From Candidatus Giovannonibacteria bacterium (GTDB taxonomy: Bacteria; Patescibacteriota; Minisyncoccia; UBA11713; 2-01-FULL-45-33): a DNA stretch of 64,000 bases. The notes beneath the pieces were generated by a model, which saw only the letters and a list, made by a program, of their open reading frames with translations, ran no database searches and was not told where the DNA came from. Numbering within the stretch: position 1 is the first letter of the stretch; every line of letters begins with the position of its first letter. A program made the translations under genes and the position numbers. Below are positions 20,341-30,061 of this stretch, piece by piece. The DNA lies in contig CP066687.1 of NCBI GenBank assembly GCA_016432405.1, forward strand, positions 347,040 through 411,039, read 5' to 3'.

Positions 20341-20363
20341 GACGACCGTTAAGTTGTCTTAGT
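20341..20363. repeat. Degenerate direct repeat downstream of Cas2-like copy 2 (gacgaccgttaagttgtcttagt); its partner is at 20979..20999
   Basis: About 17 of 22 positions match aacggtcgtcaagttgctttagt. Core ACGACCG versus ACGGTCG. Confidence 0.5.
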
Positions 20364-20387
20364 GGATTTAAATTGGTGGAAAAGACG

Positions 20388-20961
20388 ATTAAGTTAATTC
20401 TTTTACGGAACCGGCTTTGGATACTTCTAAAATATGAACAAAATTTAAGAGGTTTTTGTCTTTAAGATCAGATAAAAATTCTTGATTAATCTTATTTTTG
20501 CCAAACCACACGCTTTTCTGCAACATTCTAAAACCTAAAGCCAATAATGCCTCTCTTAGCTAAGCGCGTTGTTTTTTCAATCTTTCTGGTATGTCAAAAA
20601 TTATGATTTTGATCTTATTATCTGACGCCGGCGTGTAATTTATTTTATTGTCTTTAAACCATCGTAGCTTATCTAAGCCCGTAGCGATTATATTCCATAA
20701 AGAACCGCTAATACTTTTCTTTTTCACTATAAATCCTTGTCGTTTTAACCCATTAAGCAATGAATAAAAACACTGTGTTTCAGATGACGACGAATGCGCA
20801 AAAACTTGTCTAGGCATCTGGCCACCGAATAATCTGCTTCTAGCCCTTCTATAAGATTCTGGATAATTAAAAAATTCGTCTAGAATCTCGACTGTTAGCA
20901 ATGCGCCATTTCCCAGTGTTTTTAGAATTAATTCTGCCTTACTGCCTCTTTTCATAAGCAT
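20388..20961 (-). pseudogene. wHTH plus Cas2-like protein, copy 2, interrupted by an in-frame TAG
   Basis: The ORF track stops at …IIIFDIPERLKKQRA. Hand translation of the same frame after the TAG continues LREALLALGFRMLQKSVWFGKNKINQEFLSDLKDKNLLNFVHILEV…, which aligns with the C-terminus of copy 3. Confidence 0.6.
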
Positions 20962-20978
20962 AGTTTACTAAACTAACT

Positions 20979-20999
20979 AAACGGTCGTCAAGTTGCTTT
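20979..20999. repeat. Direct repeat upstream of Cas2-like copy 2
   Basis: aacggtcgtcaagttgcttta. See the partner repeat at 20341. Confidence 0.5.
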
Positions 21000-21091
21000 A
21001 GTATATAATGGGTTGGCCAATTTTTGTTTCAATGATAAGAAAAACGCAGTTTGGTTTGATATTTTTGTTTGCTTAGGATAAGATATCTAAA

Positions 21092-21793
21092 TTGATGACA
21101 TATCAACTTACTTTAGAAAAATTTTCGGGGCCGCTGGATTTGCTTTTGAACCTTGTTGAAGAAGACAAGCTCTCCGTAAATGAAATTTCGCTCGCAAAAA
21201 TCGCGGAGCAGTATATTGCGTATTTAAAATCTTTGGAAGAAATGCCGAAAGAAGAATTGGCGGAGTTTTTGGTAATTGCCTCAACCTTAATGCTGATAAA
21301 ATCTCGCTCGCTGATTCCGGGGATTAAACTTTCAGAGGAGGAGGAGTTGGACATCCATGAGCTGGAAAATAGGTTAAGAACATATAAATTTTTTAAAGAG
21401 CTTTCTTTGCATATTAAAAATTTAAATAAGGAGAATCTGCATCTTTTCGGAAGAGAGGCCTACGCTGGAATGTCAGCAGTGTTTTTTCCACCCGAAGGGC
21501 TAACCCTAGCAATTCTTAAAAAAACCCTGGTTGAGATTTTGGAGGCCGTTCCGCAAAAAGAGGGCCTGCCGGAAGAAGCAATTTTAAAGACTGTCTCTCT
21601 GGAAGATAAAATGGAAGAGTTAAAAAATCGGCTTGAGCGGTTTATGCAGTTTACTTTCTCTGGCGGAGAAGAAAAAACTGATGTTATCGTGAGCTTTCTC
21701 GCCGCGCTTGAGCTTATCAGGCAGGGGTTTATGATATTTGAGCAAAAAAAATTATTTGGCAGCATTGAGCTTAAGAAAAATCACAATGGATGA
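21092..21793 (+). CDS. scpA: Segregation and condensation protein A
   Basis: LEKFSGPLDLLLNLVEEDKLSVNEISLAKIAEQYIAYL. Confidence 0.8.
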   Translation: MMTYQLTLEKFSGPLDLLLNLVEEDKLSVNEISLAKIAEQYIAYLKSLEEMPKEELAEFLVIASTLMLIKSRSLIPGIKLSEEEELDIHELENRLRTYKFFKELSLHIKNLNKENLHLFGREAYAGMSAVFFPPEGLTLAILKKTLVEILEAVPQKEGLPEEAILKTVSLEDKMEELKNRLERFMQFTFSGGEEKTDVIVSFLAALELIRQGFMIFEQKKLFGSIELKKNHNG

Positions 21794-22331
21794 ACTTGCT
21801 AAAAAAATAGAAGCGCTGCTGTTTGTTTCCGGCGAGGGGATGGCGATTTCACGCCTCGCCTCGCTTCTTAAAAAAAATGAAAAGGAGATAAGAGAATCTT
21901 TGGATTGGTTGGAAAAACATTTGGCAGGGGAGCATGCGCTCGCGATTCTCCGTGACCAGGATAGAGTTTCTTTGGTAAGCTCCAAAGAAGTATCCAAACT
22001 GGTGGAGGATTTTGCCAAAGAAGAATTCGCCGGCGAGCTCACGCGCGCCGCGCTGGAGACGCTTACAATCATATCCTACAAAGGGCCGCTGAAACGCTTT
22101 GACATAGATTATATACGCGGGGTGAACTCTTCTTTTATAATCCGCAATTTACTTATGCGCGGGCTGATTGAGCGCGTAAGAGACCAAAAGGACTCGCGCG
22201 CCTTTTTGTACAGAATTTCGGCGGATTTTCTTAAATTTTTGGGGGTTGCCTCAATCTCTGAACTGCCGGAGTACGGAAACTTCTCTCAAAAGCTTGATGA
22301 ATTTCTTAAGACCGCCTCCGAAACGGAATGA
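21786..22331 (+). CDS. scpB: Segregation and condensation protein B
   Basis: IEALLFVSGEGMAISRLASLL. The ATG at 21786 overlaps the scpA stop. Confidence 0.8.
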   Translation: MDELAKKIEALLFVSGEGMAISRLASLLKKNEKEIRESLDWLEKHLAGEHALAILRDQDRVSLVSSKEVSKLVEDFAKEEFAGELTRAALETLTIISYKGPLKRFDIDYIRGVNSSFIIRNLLMRGLIERVRDQKDSRAFLYRISADFLKFLGVASISELPEYGNFSQKLDEFLKTASETE

Positions 22332-23179
22332 AAATGAAGAAACCGACGATTTTTATCTCTGTGCTTTTATTTCTACTTATTTCTTTTTTTGTAAGAGTTG
22401 AGAAAAAAACCGCGTGGCCGGGTGTTTTGCCGCCTTCTCCGGAAATTGAAGCGAAGGCGGCTTTGGCTAAAGATTTGGTAAGCCACGAGGTTTTATTCAA
22501 GAAAAATGAAAAAGAGGCGTTGGCGCTGGCAAGCTTGGCTAAGATTATAAGCGCGCTTCTTGTGCTGGATAAAAATAAGCTGGACGAGGAAGTTGTCATA
22601 TCCCAAGACGCCGTGCTGGCTCCGGAACCGAGTTCTTTGAAGGTGGGGGAGCATTTTAAGGTAGGCGATCTTCTGGCGATGGTTATGGTTGAGTCCTCCA
22701 ATGACGCGATTTCCGCGCTTGTTGAGCACACAATTCAAAAAGAGAGCAAAGACCGCGATTGGTTTTTGGATTTAATGAGGCAAAAAGCGGAAGTATTTGA
22801 CGCGCTTTCAATGAATTTTTACAATATCTCCGGCCTTGATATTTCCGCAGAAATATCCGGCGGCTACGGCTCGGCGGAAGACGTCATGAAAATTGCCGAA
22901 TCCTCGCTCGGCTCGCCTTTGTGGCAGTTCGGGGAAGCGAGAGAAATAATTTCCCGCGAGAGGATAAAGCACGCGCTCAAGCCGACGAATAATCTTGCGC
23001 CGGAACTAACTCCTTTAATCGGCGCAAAAACCGGATACACGGATTTGGCGGGCGGAAATTTGCTGGTAATTGTTGAATATCCTATCGGCCACCCATTGGG
23101 AATTGTGGTTTTGGGCTCTTCGGAGCAGGGCCGTTTCTCTGACGTCAAAAAGATTTTGGAATGGATTAAAAGTCGCTAA
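22328..23179 (+). CDS. D-alanyl-D-alanine carboxypeptidase (peptidase S11, PBP5/6-like)
   Basis: SxxK (ASLAK), SxN (SSN) and KTG (AKTGYT) motifs, with a signal peptide. Confidence 0.8.
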   Translation: MKMKKPTIFISVLLFLLISFFVRVEKKTAWPGVLPPSPEIEAKAALAKDLVSHEVLFKKNEKEALALASLAKIISALLVLDKNKLDEEVVISQDAVLAPEPSSLKVGEHFKVGDLLAMVMVESSNDAISALVEHTIQKESKDRDWFLDLMRQKAEVFDALSMNFYNISGLDISAEISGGYGSAEDVMKIAESSLGSPLWQFGEAREIISRERIKHALKPTNNLAPELTPLIGAKTGYTDLAGGNLLVIVEYPIGHPLGIVVLGSSEQGRFSDVKKILEWIKSR

Positions 23180-23184
23180 GGAAC

Positions 23185-23305
23185 ACTTACCCCTCCCACC
23201 CCACCCCTTGTAAAGGGGAGGGGTTTTTTAGTAAAAGCTCCCCTCCTTACGAAGGAGGGGGCTGGGGGAGGTTATCAAAAAACCCTTATAAAATAAGGGT
23301 TTTTG
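23185..23305 (+). terminator. Cluster of three consecutive terminator-like hairpins
   Basis: cccctcccacccc…ggggaggggtttttt; gctcccctcc-ttacg-aaggagggggc; aaacccttat-aaaat-aagggttttt. Confidence 0.5.
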
Positions 23306-23356
23306 AGGGCTTGACTTTATATCTAAACGGGTGTATAATAAAAGCAGGAAAACGGA

Positions 23357-23806
23357 ATGTGCGCGAAAATCAACGCTCGCAAAAAAGGAGGATTTATGTT
23401 CGCAAAATATCTACCGGTCATTGGGTGTGTCGGTATCGGGGTGTTCGTTGCAACTTTAGTAATCTGGAACCCACTTAGCCGCTTTTTTAAAGAAACCACT
23501 CAAACTCGGGAACAGTTCGCCACCGAGCTCGCCGAAACCAATCGGCAGGCCGATGTGGCAAGTCAGCTTCGGGCGGCGGAGAGAGGCGATTTGATCAAGA
23601 TGAGAAACGGTGCAGTTGCAGCTGTTTGGCGTGAGGTCAAAGAAGAATCCATACTTCTCGCTTGGGGAAGTTGCAATGAAAGCATGACTGAATATCCGTT
23701 GGATTTGCTTTCACGGCGCGCTGATGAGGTGATGAAGTATTACCCCCCGTCGCCTAAGTACGCGGAAGTAGCGGCTATTTATATACGCTGCGAGCGGGTA
23801 AAGTAG
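23357..23806 (+). CDS. Hypothetical protein with an N-terminal TM helix
   Basis: ORF only. Confidence 0.3.
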   Translation: MCAKINARKKGGFMFAKYLPVIGCVGIGVFVATLVIWNPLSRFFKETTQTREQFATELAETNRQADVASQLRAAERGDLIKMRNGAVAAVWREVKEESILLAWGSCNESMTEYPLDLLSRRADEVMKYYPPSPKYAEVAAIYIRCERVK

Positions 23807-23896
23807 TTTTAAGGCCGGTTCTTTGCGGAGATTCTATAAAAAGAGTCTTCGCGAGGGCCGGCTGTTTTTTATTCTAAAAATTGTTAAACTAAAATT

Positions 23897-24967
23897 ATGC
23901 AGCAGGATTTGATTTTGAACATCTATAAGGTGCTCGGGCTGGGAGGGTTTGCGTTTTTTTTGGGTGTGGCGCTGACGCCGATTCTGACGCATTTCCTTTA
24001 TAAATACAAAATGTGGCGGAAGGACGTCCGCACAACCTCTCCCGATGGCTCGCCGACGCCGATTTTTAACCAGCTCCACAAAGAGCGCGAGACGAAGGCC
24101 CCGCGGATGGGAGGCGTCTTAATTTGGGCGACGGTGCTTATTGTCGCCGCGATTTTCAGGGTTTTGCCGGTCGTTTCAGACGACCCGATTTTTTTAAAGC
24201 TTAATTTTCTTTCCCGCGGACAGACATGGGTGCCATTGGGAATTTTGTTTATGGGGGCGATGGTTGGGCTTTTGGATGATTTGACCTTGGTTTTTCAAAA
24301 AGGGGCATACCGCGGGGGCGGGCTTACTTTCACCAAAAGATTTTTTTTAATCACTATTATCGCGGCGTTTGGGGCTTATTGGTTTTATTTCAAATTGGGG
24401 CAGGATTCGGTTTTTGTCCCTGGGGTTGGAGATTTATGGCTGGGAGTTTATTTTATCCCGCTTTTTATTTTGGTTATGTGGGCGACTTTTTCGGGCGGGG
24501 TGATTGATGGCTTGGATGGGCTTTCGGGCGGAGTGTTCGCGGTAATTTTTTCCGCTTACGCCGGCATCGCTTTTTTTCAAGACCAGATAAACATTGCGGC
24601 GTTTTGCGCGGTTATCGCCGGCGCGATTTTGGCGTTTTTGTGGTTCAATATCCCGCCCGCCCGATTTTACATGTCGGAGACGGGCATCATGGCCCTAACC
24701 ACGACTTTGGCGACAGTGGCTTTCTTTATAAACGCGGTCGCCGTTTTGCCGATCATTGCCTTTCCGCTGGTTTTGGAATCGCTCTCCGTGATTATCCAGC
24801 TTTCCTCAAAAAAACTTTTTGGGCGCAAAGTGTTTTTGATTGCCCCAATTCATCATCATTTTGAGGCAGTCGGCTGGCCGGCCGAAAAGGTCGTCATGCG
24901 CTTCTGGGTGCTCTCAATCGTTTTCGCGATTTTGGGCATGATTTTGCATTTTGTAAGCAGGGTTTAA
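23897..24967 (+). CDS. mraY: Phospho-N-acetylmuramoyl-pentapeptide transferase
   Basis: Polytopic membrane protein with DDxxD-like LLDDLTL and conserved MraY/WecA-family loops. Confidence 0.8.
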   Translation: MQQDLILNIYKVLGLGGFAFFLGVALTPILTHFLYKYKMWRKDVRTTSPDGSPTPIFNQLHKERETKAPRMGGVLIWATVLIVAAIFRVLPVVSDDPIFLKLNFLSRGQTWVPLGILFMGAMVGLLDDLTLVFQKGAYRGGGLTFTKRFFLITIIAAFGAYWFYFKLGQDSVFVPGVGDLWLGVYFIPLFILVMWATFSGGVIDGLDGLSGGVFAVIFSAYAGIAFFQDQINIAAFCAVIAGAILAFLWFNIPPARFYMSETGIMALTTTLATVAFFINAVAVLPIIAFPLVLESLSVIIQLSSKKLFGRKVFLIAPIHHHFEAVGWPAEKVVMRFWVLSIVFAILGMILHFVSRV

Positions 24968-24970
24968 ATC

Positions 24971-26515
24971 ATGGCTTTTTCTATTTTGATAAAAAACGGG
25001 ACGGTGCTGGATGGTTCAGGAGGCGCGCCTTATTTGGCTGACGTGGGTATCTCGGCCAATCGCATCGTAAAAATTGGAAATCTTTCAGATGAGGCGGCCG
25101 AGCAAATTATTGACGCCACCAATCTCTACGTAACCCCGGGTTTTGTGGACATTACCAACCACTCCGATGTTTACGGCACGCTTTTTTCCGTGCCTTCCCA
25201 GGAAAGCTTATTGCGGCAAGGGATAACGACGATTTTGCTCGGAAATTGCGGAGAATCTTTGGCGCCGGTGGTAAAGCGCGAGTCGCTTTTTGGGCTTGAG
25301 CGCTGGACAACTGGATTTTCCGTGCCGATAAACTGGAACTCCCTCCCGGAGTATTATGAAAACATAGAACGTCTCGGTGTCGGGGTTAACGTCGCGACAT
25401 TGGTGGGCCATGAAACCCTGAAAAGAAACGCGAATTCCAAAGATGAGCGGCTGTTTCTCTTGGAAAAATCCTTGGCTGAAGGCGCTTGGGGGATGAGCAG
25501 CAATTTTTCTTTCGCGGATTGGAACGGAGACGAGGAGGACGAGCTTCTTGGATTGCTCAGCGCAGTAAAAAAACAAGGCGGACTTTACAAAGTGCATATC
25601 CGCGATGAAGGCAAAAACTTTCTGCCGTCCGTGTCTTCTGTGGTTTCCTTGGCGCGAAAAAGTTCCGTGCGCACGGTGATTTCCCACTTCAAGGCGGTTG
25701 GCAGGGGAGCTTGGACTGACTTTGGGGGAGCGCTTGGAATAATAAACGCCGCCCGAAATGAAGGAGTGGAAATATCTTTTGACGTCTTCCCATATCTTCG
25801 CACGGGTTCAATGCTTGTTTCTCTTTTGCCGACCTGGGCAAGGGAAGGCGGGAGCGAAGATGTTTTAAAAAAACTTGGCGACCCGGCAATAGCGGCAAAA
25901 ATCCTGGCCGAACTCAAATCGGCGACGTTGCACCCGAAAAGAATTCTTGTTGCCTCCGCTCTCAACGACAAAAGCGCCGTCGGCAAGGATTTGGGAGAGC
26001 TTTCGGAGAAAACCGGCATTGAACCGGAGGCGCTTCTGGTTGAGCTTTTGAAAATAAACGACTTGAATGTTTCCATATTTGGCAAAACCTTAAATGAACC
26101 GAATCTGCTTGCGGGCGCAAAATACGCCGGGAGCATAATCGCTTCCGACGGCGCCGGATATGATGTTGCAGAGAGCCGTTTCGGGAACTTGGCGCACCCG
26201 CGGTCTTTCGGCGCTTTCCCGAGGTTCTTTAATTTAATATCTGCCAGGGCGAAAATTCCTTTGGGCAACGCAGTCGCCAAAATGACTTCTCTGCCGGCAA
26301 GGGCAGCCGGGTTCGGCGACCGCGGCCTTTTGAAACCGAAATATATTGCCGACGTCGCAATTTTTCATCCTGAAGAATTTAAAGACCGAGCGACTTATAA
26401 AAATCCTTACAGATACGCGTCAGGACTCCGTTTTCTCTTGATTTCCGGCAAGTTTGCCATTGAGGACGGAGCGGTTTTGCCGGAAAGGTACGGAGTGGTT
26501 CTAAGAAAAAAATGA
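24971..26515 (+). CDS. Amidohydrolase-superfamily protein (N-acyl-D-amino-acid deacylase-like)
   Basis: N-terminal IKNGTVLDGSG…VTPGFVDITNHSD, a typical D-aminoacylase metal-binding start. Confidence 0.7.
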   Translation: MAFSILIKNGTVLDGSGGAPYLADVGISANRIVKIGNLSDEAAEQIIDATNLYVTPGFVDITNHSDVYGTLFSVPSQESLLRQGITTILLGNCGESLAPVVKRESLFGLERWTTGFSVPINWNSLPEYYENIERLGVGVNVATLVGHETLKRNANSKDERLFLLEKSLAEGAWGMSSNFSFADWNGDEEDELLGLLSAVKKQGGLYKVHIRDEGKNFLPSVSSVVSLARKSSVRTVISHFKAVGRGAWTDFGGALGIINAARNEGVEISFDVFPYLRTGSMLVSLLPTWAREGGSEDVLKKLGDPAIAAKILAELKSATLHPKRILVASALNDKSAVGKDLGELSEKTGIEPEALLVELLKINDLNVSIFGKTLNEPNLLAGAKYAGSIIASDGAGYDVAESRFGNLAHPRSFGAFPRFFNLISARAKIPLGNAVAKMTSLPARAAGFGDRGLLKPKYIADVAIFHPEEFKDRATYKNPYRYASGLRFLLISGKFAIEDGAVLPERYGVVLRKK

Positions 26516-26516
26516 A

Positions 26517-27614
26517 ATGAGGAGGGCTGGCTCGTACGATAAAATATTTTTCTTCCTTTCAATTTTTCTCACTCTTTTCGGGCTTTTTATTTTGGCGTCC
26601 GCGTCAATCGGGTTTTCAATGTCCAAATTCGGCTCGCCGTATTATTATTTTCTGCACCAAGTCCTCTACGGCGTTTTGCCGGGTCTCGCGCTGCTTTGGG
26701 CAACATATAAAATCCCCTACGAAAAATGGAAAAAATTCGCGTTGCCCCTTCTGCTTTTAGCGATTTTTCTGATGTCTTTGGTTTTAATCCCCGGCATCGG
26801 GCTTCTCCACGGCGGCGCAAGGCGCTGGCTGGCTTTTGGGGGCGTGTCTTTCCAGCCGGCTGAATTTTTAAAGCTGGCTTACATTATATACCTAGCCGCC
26901 TGGATTGAGTCCAAATCAAAATCCATATCCTCTTTTAAATTTGGCCTCCTGCCTTTTGCCATTATGAGCGCTTTCATCGCTTCTTTTTTGGTTATGCAGC
27001 CGGATATCGGAACTTTGATGGTTTTGATGATTTCGGTTTTGGCCCTCTTTTTTATAAGCGGAGGAAGTTTTAGGCAGATAGCTTTGCTTTCCGCCGTCGG
27101 GTTGGTTATTATAAGTGTACTCGTGGCGGTTGAGCCATACCGCAGAGAACGTTTGAAAGTTTTTTTAGATCGTCAAAGCGATCTCCAAGGAAGCGGTTAC
27201 CAGATAAATCAGGCGCTTATCGCCGTGGGCTCCGGGGGGCTTTTTGGCAGAGGGCTTGGGCTCTCGCGCCAGAAGTTCAGCTATTTGCCTGAGCCGATAG
27301 GGGATTCAATTTTCGCGGTTTTTGCTGAAGAGCTCGGTTTTTTGGGCGCGATTTCGTTCCTCGGAGCGTTCCTTTTATTTTTTTTGAGGGGCATGTGGAT
27401 GGCCAGCCGGGCGCCGGATATTTTTGGAAGTATGCTATGCGCCGGAATTTTATTTTTAATCATGTTTCAGGTTTTAATAAACATATCCGCAATAATCGGG
27501 CTTATGCCGCTTACGGGGATACCTCTTCCTTTCGTAAGCTACGGCGGATCTGCTTTGGCGCTTACTTTAGCCGAGGTCGGCATTATTCTTAACATCTCCA
27601 GAAGAAAAAAATGA
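26517..27614 (+). CDS. ftsW: SEDS-family peptidoglycan glycosyltransferase (FtsW/RodA)
   Basis: 10-TM protein with RRWLAFGGVSFQPAEFLKLAYIIYLA. It lies between mraY and murG. Confidence 0.8.
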   Translation: MRRAGSYDKIFFFLSIFLTLFGLFILASASIGFSMSKFGSPYYYFLHQVLYGVLPGLALLWATYKIPYEKWKKFALPLLLLAIFLMSLVLIPGIGLLHGGARRWLAFGGVSFQPAEFLKLAYIIYLAAWIESKSKSISSFKFGLLPFAIMSAFIASFLVMQPDIGTLMVLMISVLALFFISGGSFRQIALLSAVGLVIISVLVAVEPYRRERLKVFLDRQSDLQGSGYQINQALIAVGSGGLFGRGLGLSRQKFSYLPEPIGDSIFAVFAEELGFLGAISFLGAFLLFFLRGMWMASRAPDIFGSMLCAGILFLIMFQVLINISAIIGLMPLTGIPLPFVSYGGSALALTLAEVGIILNISRRKK

Positions 27615-28732
27615 AAATAGTTTTTACTGGCGGCGGGACTGGCGGACATTTCTACCCACTGATTGCTGTCGCCAGATCTCTCAAAAAGATTGCCGAATCA
27701 GAAAACATAGCGCGGCTGGATTTATTTTTTGTCTCGGATGAACCGGCGGACAAAGAACTTTTGCTGGCCGAGGATATAAAATTTATAAAAATCCCGGCGG
27801 GCAAAATGAGAAGGTATTTTTCCTTAAGGTATTTGCCCGATACCTTCAAGACCGTCGTCGGCGTGTTTTTGGCTTTTTGGAGGGTGTATCTCTTGATGCC
27901 GGATGTCATTTTTTCAAAAGGCGGCTACGCCAGTTTTCCGACCTTGCTTGCCGCGCGCGTTTTAAAAATCCCGGTTATAGTCCACGAGTCCGACGCCGTC
28001 CCCGGTCTTGTAAGCCGCTGGACCGGCGGGTGGGCGAAGCGGATAGCGCTTTCCTTCGCAGAAGCGGCGAAGTATTTCCCCGGCAAAAATGCGGCTGTTA
28101 CTGGTAACCCTGTCCGCCAGCAGATAATCGGCGGGAATCTGGCAGAGGCGGTTGAATATTTTAAATTGGAAGAGGGGACTCCTGTGATTTTGGTTTTAGG
28201 CTCGTCGCAGGGTTCGGAGAAAATAAACGAAACCGCGCTCGCTATGCTTCCTGACGCGGTTAAAAAATACCAAATCATACACCAGACCGGACGAAGCAAC
28301 TTTGAAGACGTCTCCGGGCGCGCGCGGGTTATTTTGGCAAAAAGCGAATATAAAAGCAGATACCATCCATATGGCTTTTTGGGGGAAGGGGAGCTCCGGA
28401 ACGCTTCGCGGGCCGCAAGCATAATCGTCTCAAGGGCCTCTTCCATGATTTTTGAGATAGCCGCTTGGGGGGCTCCCGCGATTTTAATACCGCTTTCTTC
28501 CGCGGCGCAGGACCACCAGCGGGAAAACGCTTACATTTACGCCAGATTCGGCGGAGCCGAAGTGATAGAAGAGACGAACCTTACGCCGCATTTGCTTTTG
28601 TCGGAGATTGATAAGATTTTGGCTGACCCGGAAAAAGTCAAAAAAATGAAACTTGCCGCGCAGGCCTTCGCCCGCCTGGACGCCGCCGATAAAATCGCAA
28701 AAGAAATAATTAAATTGGGAGTCCATGAATAG
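27611..28732 (+). CDS. murG: UDP-GlcNAc:undecaprenyl-PP-MurNAc-pentapeptide GlcNAc transferase
   Basis: FTGGGTGGHFYPLIAV N-terminal signature. Confidence 0.85.
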   Translation: MKIVFTGGGTGGHFYPLIAVARSLKKIAESENIARLDLFFVSDEPADKELLLAEDIKFIKIPAGKMRRYFSLRYLPDTFKTVVGVFLAFWRVYLLMPDVIFSKGGYASFPTLLAARVLKIPVIVHESDAVPGLVSRWTGGWAKRIALSFAEAAKYFPGKNAAVTGNPVRQQIIGGNLAEAVEYFKLEEGTPVILVLGSSQGSEKINETALAMLPDAVKKYQIIHQTGRSNFEDVSGRARVILAKSEYKSRYHPYGFLGEGELRNASRAASIIVSRASSMIFEIAAWGAPAILIPLSSAAQDHQRENAYIYARFGGAEVIEETNLTPHLLLSEIDKILADPEKVKKMKLAAQAFARLDAADKIAKEIIKLGVHE

Positions 28733-30029
28733 TAAGGTGCGCACGCGATTTGCTCCGTCTCCGACAGGGTTTTTGCACGTTGGGGGGCTTCGCACGGCGC
28801 TGTATAATTATCTTTTCGCGAAGCAAAATGGAGGCAAATTTATTTTACGCATAGAAGATACTGACCGCGCGCGCACTGTGGAAGGAGCAGAAAAAAATAT
28901 TATTGAGACATTGCGGATTTTCGGACTGGGTTTTGACGAGGGACCGATTCGGCAATCCGATAATTTGGCAAAATATAAAAAATATTCCAAGGAATTGGTA
29001 GCCAAAGGCGCGGCTTACGAAGACGACAGCGCCGTCAGATTTAAAATGCCGAAGGACGGCGTAACTGTCTTTGCCGACATTATTCATGGCGAAATTCAAA
29101 TAGACAATAAGACGCAGGAAGATTTTGTGATTTTAAAATCGGACGGTTTCCCGACTTACAATTTGGCCCATTTGGTTGACGACCACGATATGGCCATAAC
29201 GCATGTCATCAGGGGGGACGAATTTATCTCTTCAATGCCGAAATACATCGCGCTGCATAAAGCATTCGGCTGGGAGCTTCCTCAATATGCCCACCTGCCG
29301 CTTCTTTTGGACAAAAACCGCGCCAAGCTTTCCAAGAGGGAAGGGGAGGTGGCGGTTCATGATTTTTTGGACGACGGATATCTCAAAGAGGCCGTTTTAA
29401 ATTTCGTTGCGCTTTTGGGATGGCACTCGAAAACCGATCAGGAAATTTTTTCATTGGAAGAGTTAATAAAAGAATTTAAGCTTGAGCGCGTTCAAAGAGC
29501 CGGCGCGATTTTTGATACTACGAAACTAGATTGGATGAACGGAGAATATATACAAAAAAAACCCTTAAAAGATTTGGTGGAATTAAGTAGGGGTTTTTTC
29601 CAATTTTCAATTTCCAATTTCCAATTTTCAAATGAATATTTAAAGAAAATCATCGCGCTGGAACAACCTCGCCTTAAAAAACTCTCGGAGCTTCCGGAAA
29701 AAACCAACTATTTTTTTAAAGAACCGGAATATGATGCCACGCTGTTAAAATGGAAAAATATGGATAATAAAGAAATTAAAAAATCGCTGGAAACCTCAAA
29801 AGAAATAATTTCCAATTTCCAATTTCCAATTTCCAAACACGACATAGAAAAAATATTTTTAGAGCGCGCAAAAAAGTTTAAAGATAGGGGAGAACTCTTA
29901 TGGCCCCTCCGGGTTGCCCTAACTGGCAAAAAGGCCTCCCCGGGCCCGTTTGAGATAATGGAGATTTTAGGAAAAGAAAAAAGCATCGCCCGCGTTGCCT
30001 CGGCTTTAAATATGCTAAAACCCCGTTAG
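28725..30029 (+). CDS. gltX: Glutamyl-tRNA synthetase (compact)
   Basis: RFAPSPTGFLHVGGLRTALYNY (HIGH region) and KLSKR (KMSKS variant). Confidence 0.85.
   Translation: MNSKVRTRFAPSPTGFLHVGGLRTALYNYLFAKQNGGKFILRIEDTDRARTVEGAEKNIIETLRIFGLGFDEGPIRQSDNLAKYKKYSKELVAKGAAYEDDSAVRFKMPKDGVTVFADIIHGEIQIDNKTQEDFVILKSDGFPTYNLAHLVDDHDMAITHVIRGDEFISSMPKYIALHKAFGWELPQYAHLPLLLDKNRAKLSKREGEVAVHDFLDDGYLKEAVLNFVALLGWHSKTDQEIFSLEELIKEFKLERVQRAGAIFDTTKLDWMNGEYIQKKPLKDLVELSRGFFQFSISNFQFSNEYLKKIIALEQPRLKKLSELPEKTNYFFKEPEYDATLLKWKNMDNKEIKKSLETSKEIISNFQFPISKHDIEKIFLERAKKFKDRGELLWPLRVALTGKKASPGPFEIMEILGKEKSIARVASALNMLKPR
29600..29632. repeat. 7-bp-period microsatellite (ttccaat/tttcaat units), in-frame inside gltX
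   Basis: ccaattttcaatttccaatttccaattttcaaa encodes FQFSISNFQFS. A second array at 29808..29837 encodes ISNFQFPIS. Related arrays lie at 48144..48186, 54521..54542 and 57492..57537. Confidence 0.7.
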
Positions 30030-30061
30030 AAATATTATTTCTAATGAGGTAAAATAAGATT

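Noticed and set aside
23185-23305. The run of G/C-homopolymer palindromes after the carboxypeptidase gene was considered as a repeat array or mobile element.
   Set aside because: Each is a simple stem-loop followed by a T-run at a gene end, which makes it a stacked terminator. The sequences are not repeated elsewhere.
29600-29837. The ttccaatttccaattt arrays were considered as a possible CRISPR array.
   Set aside because: The units are 7 bp with no spacers. They lie inside conserved coding sequences, in-frame, and are scattered as short arrays in several genes. This is a microsatellite-type repeat, not CRISPR.
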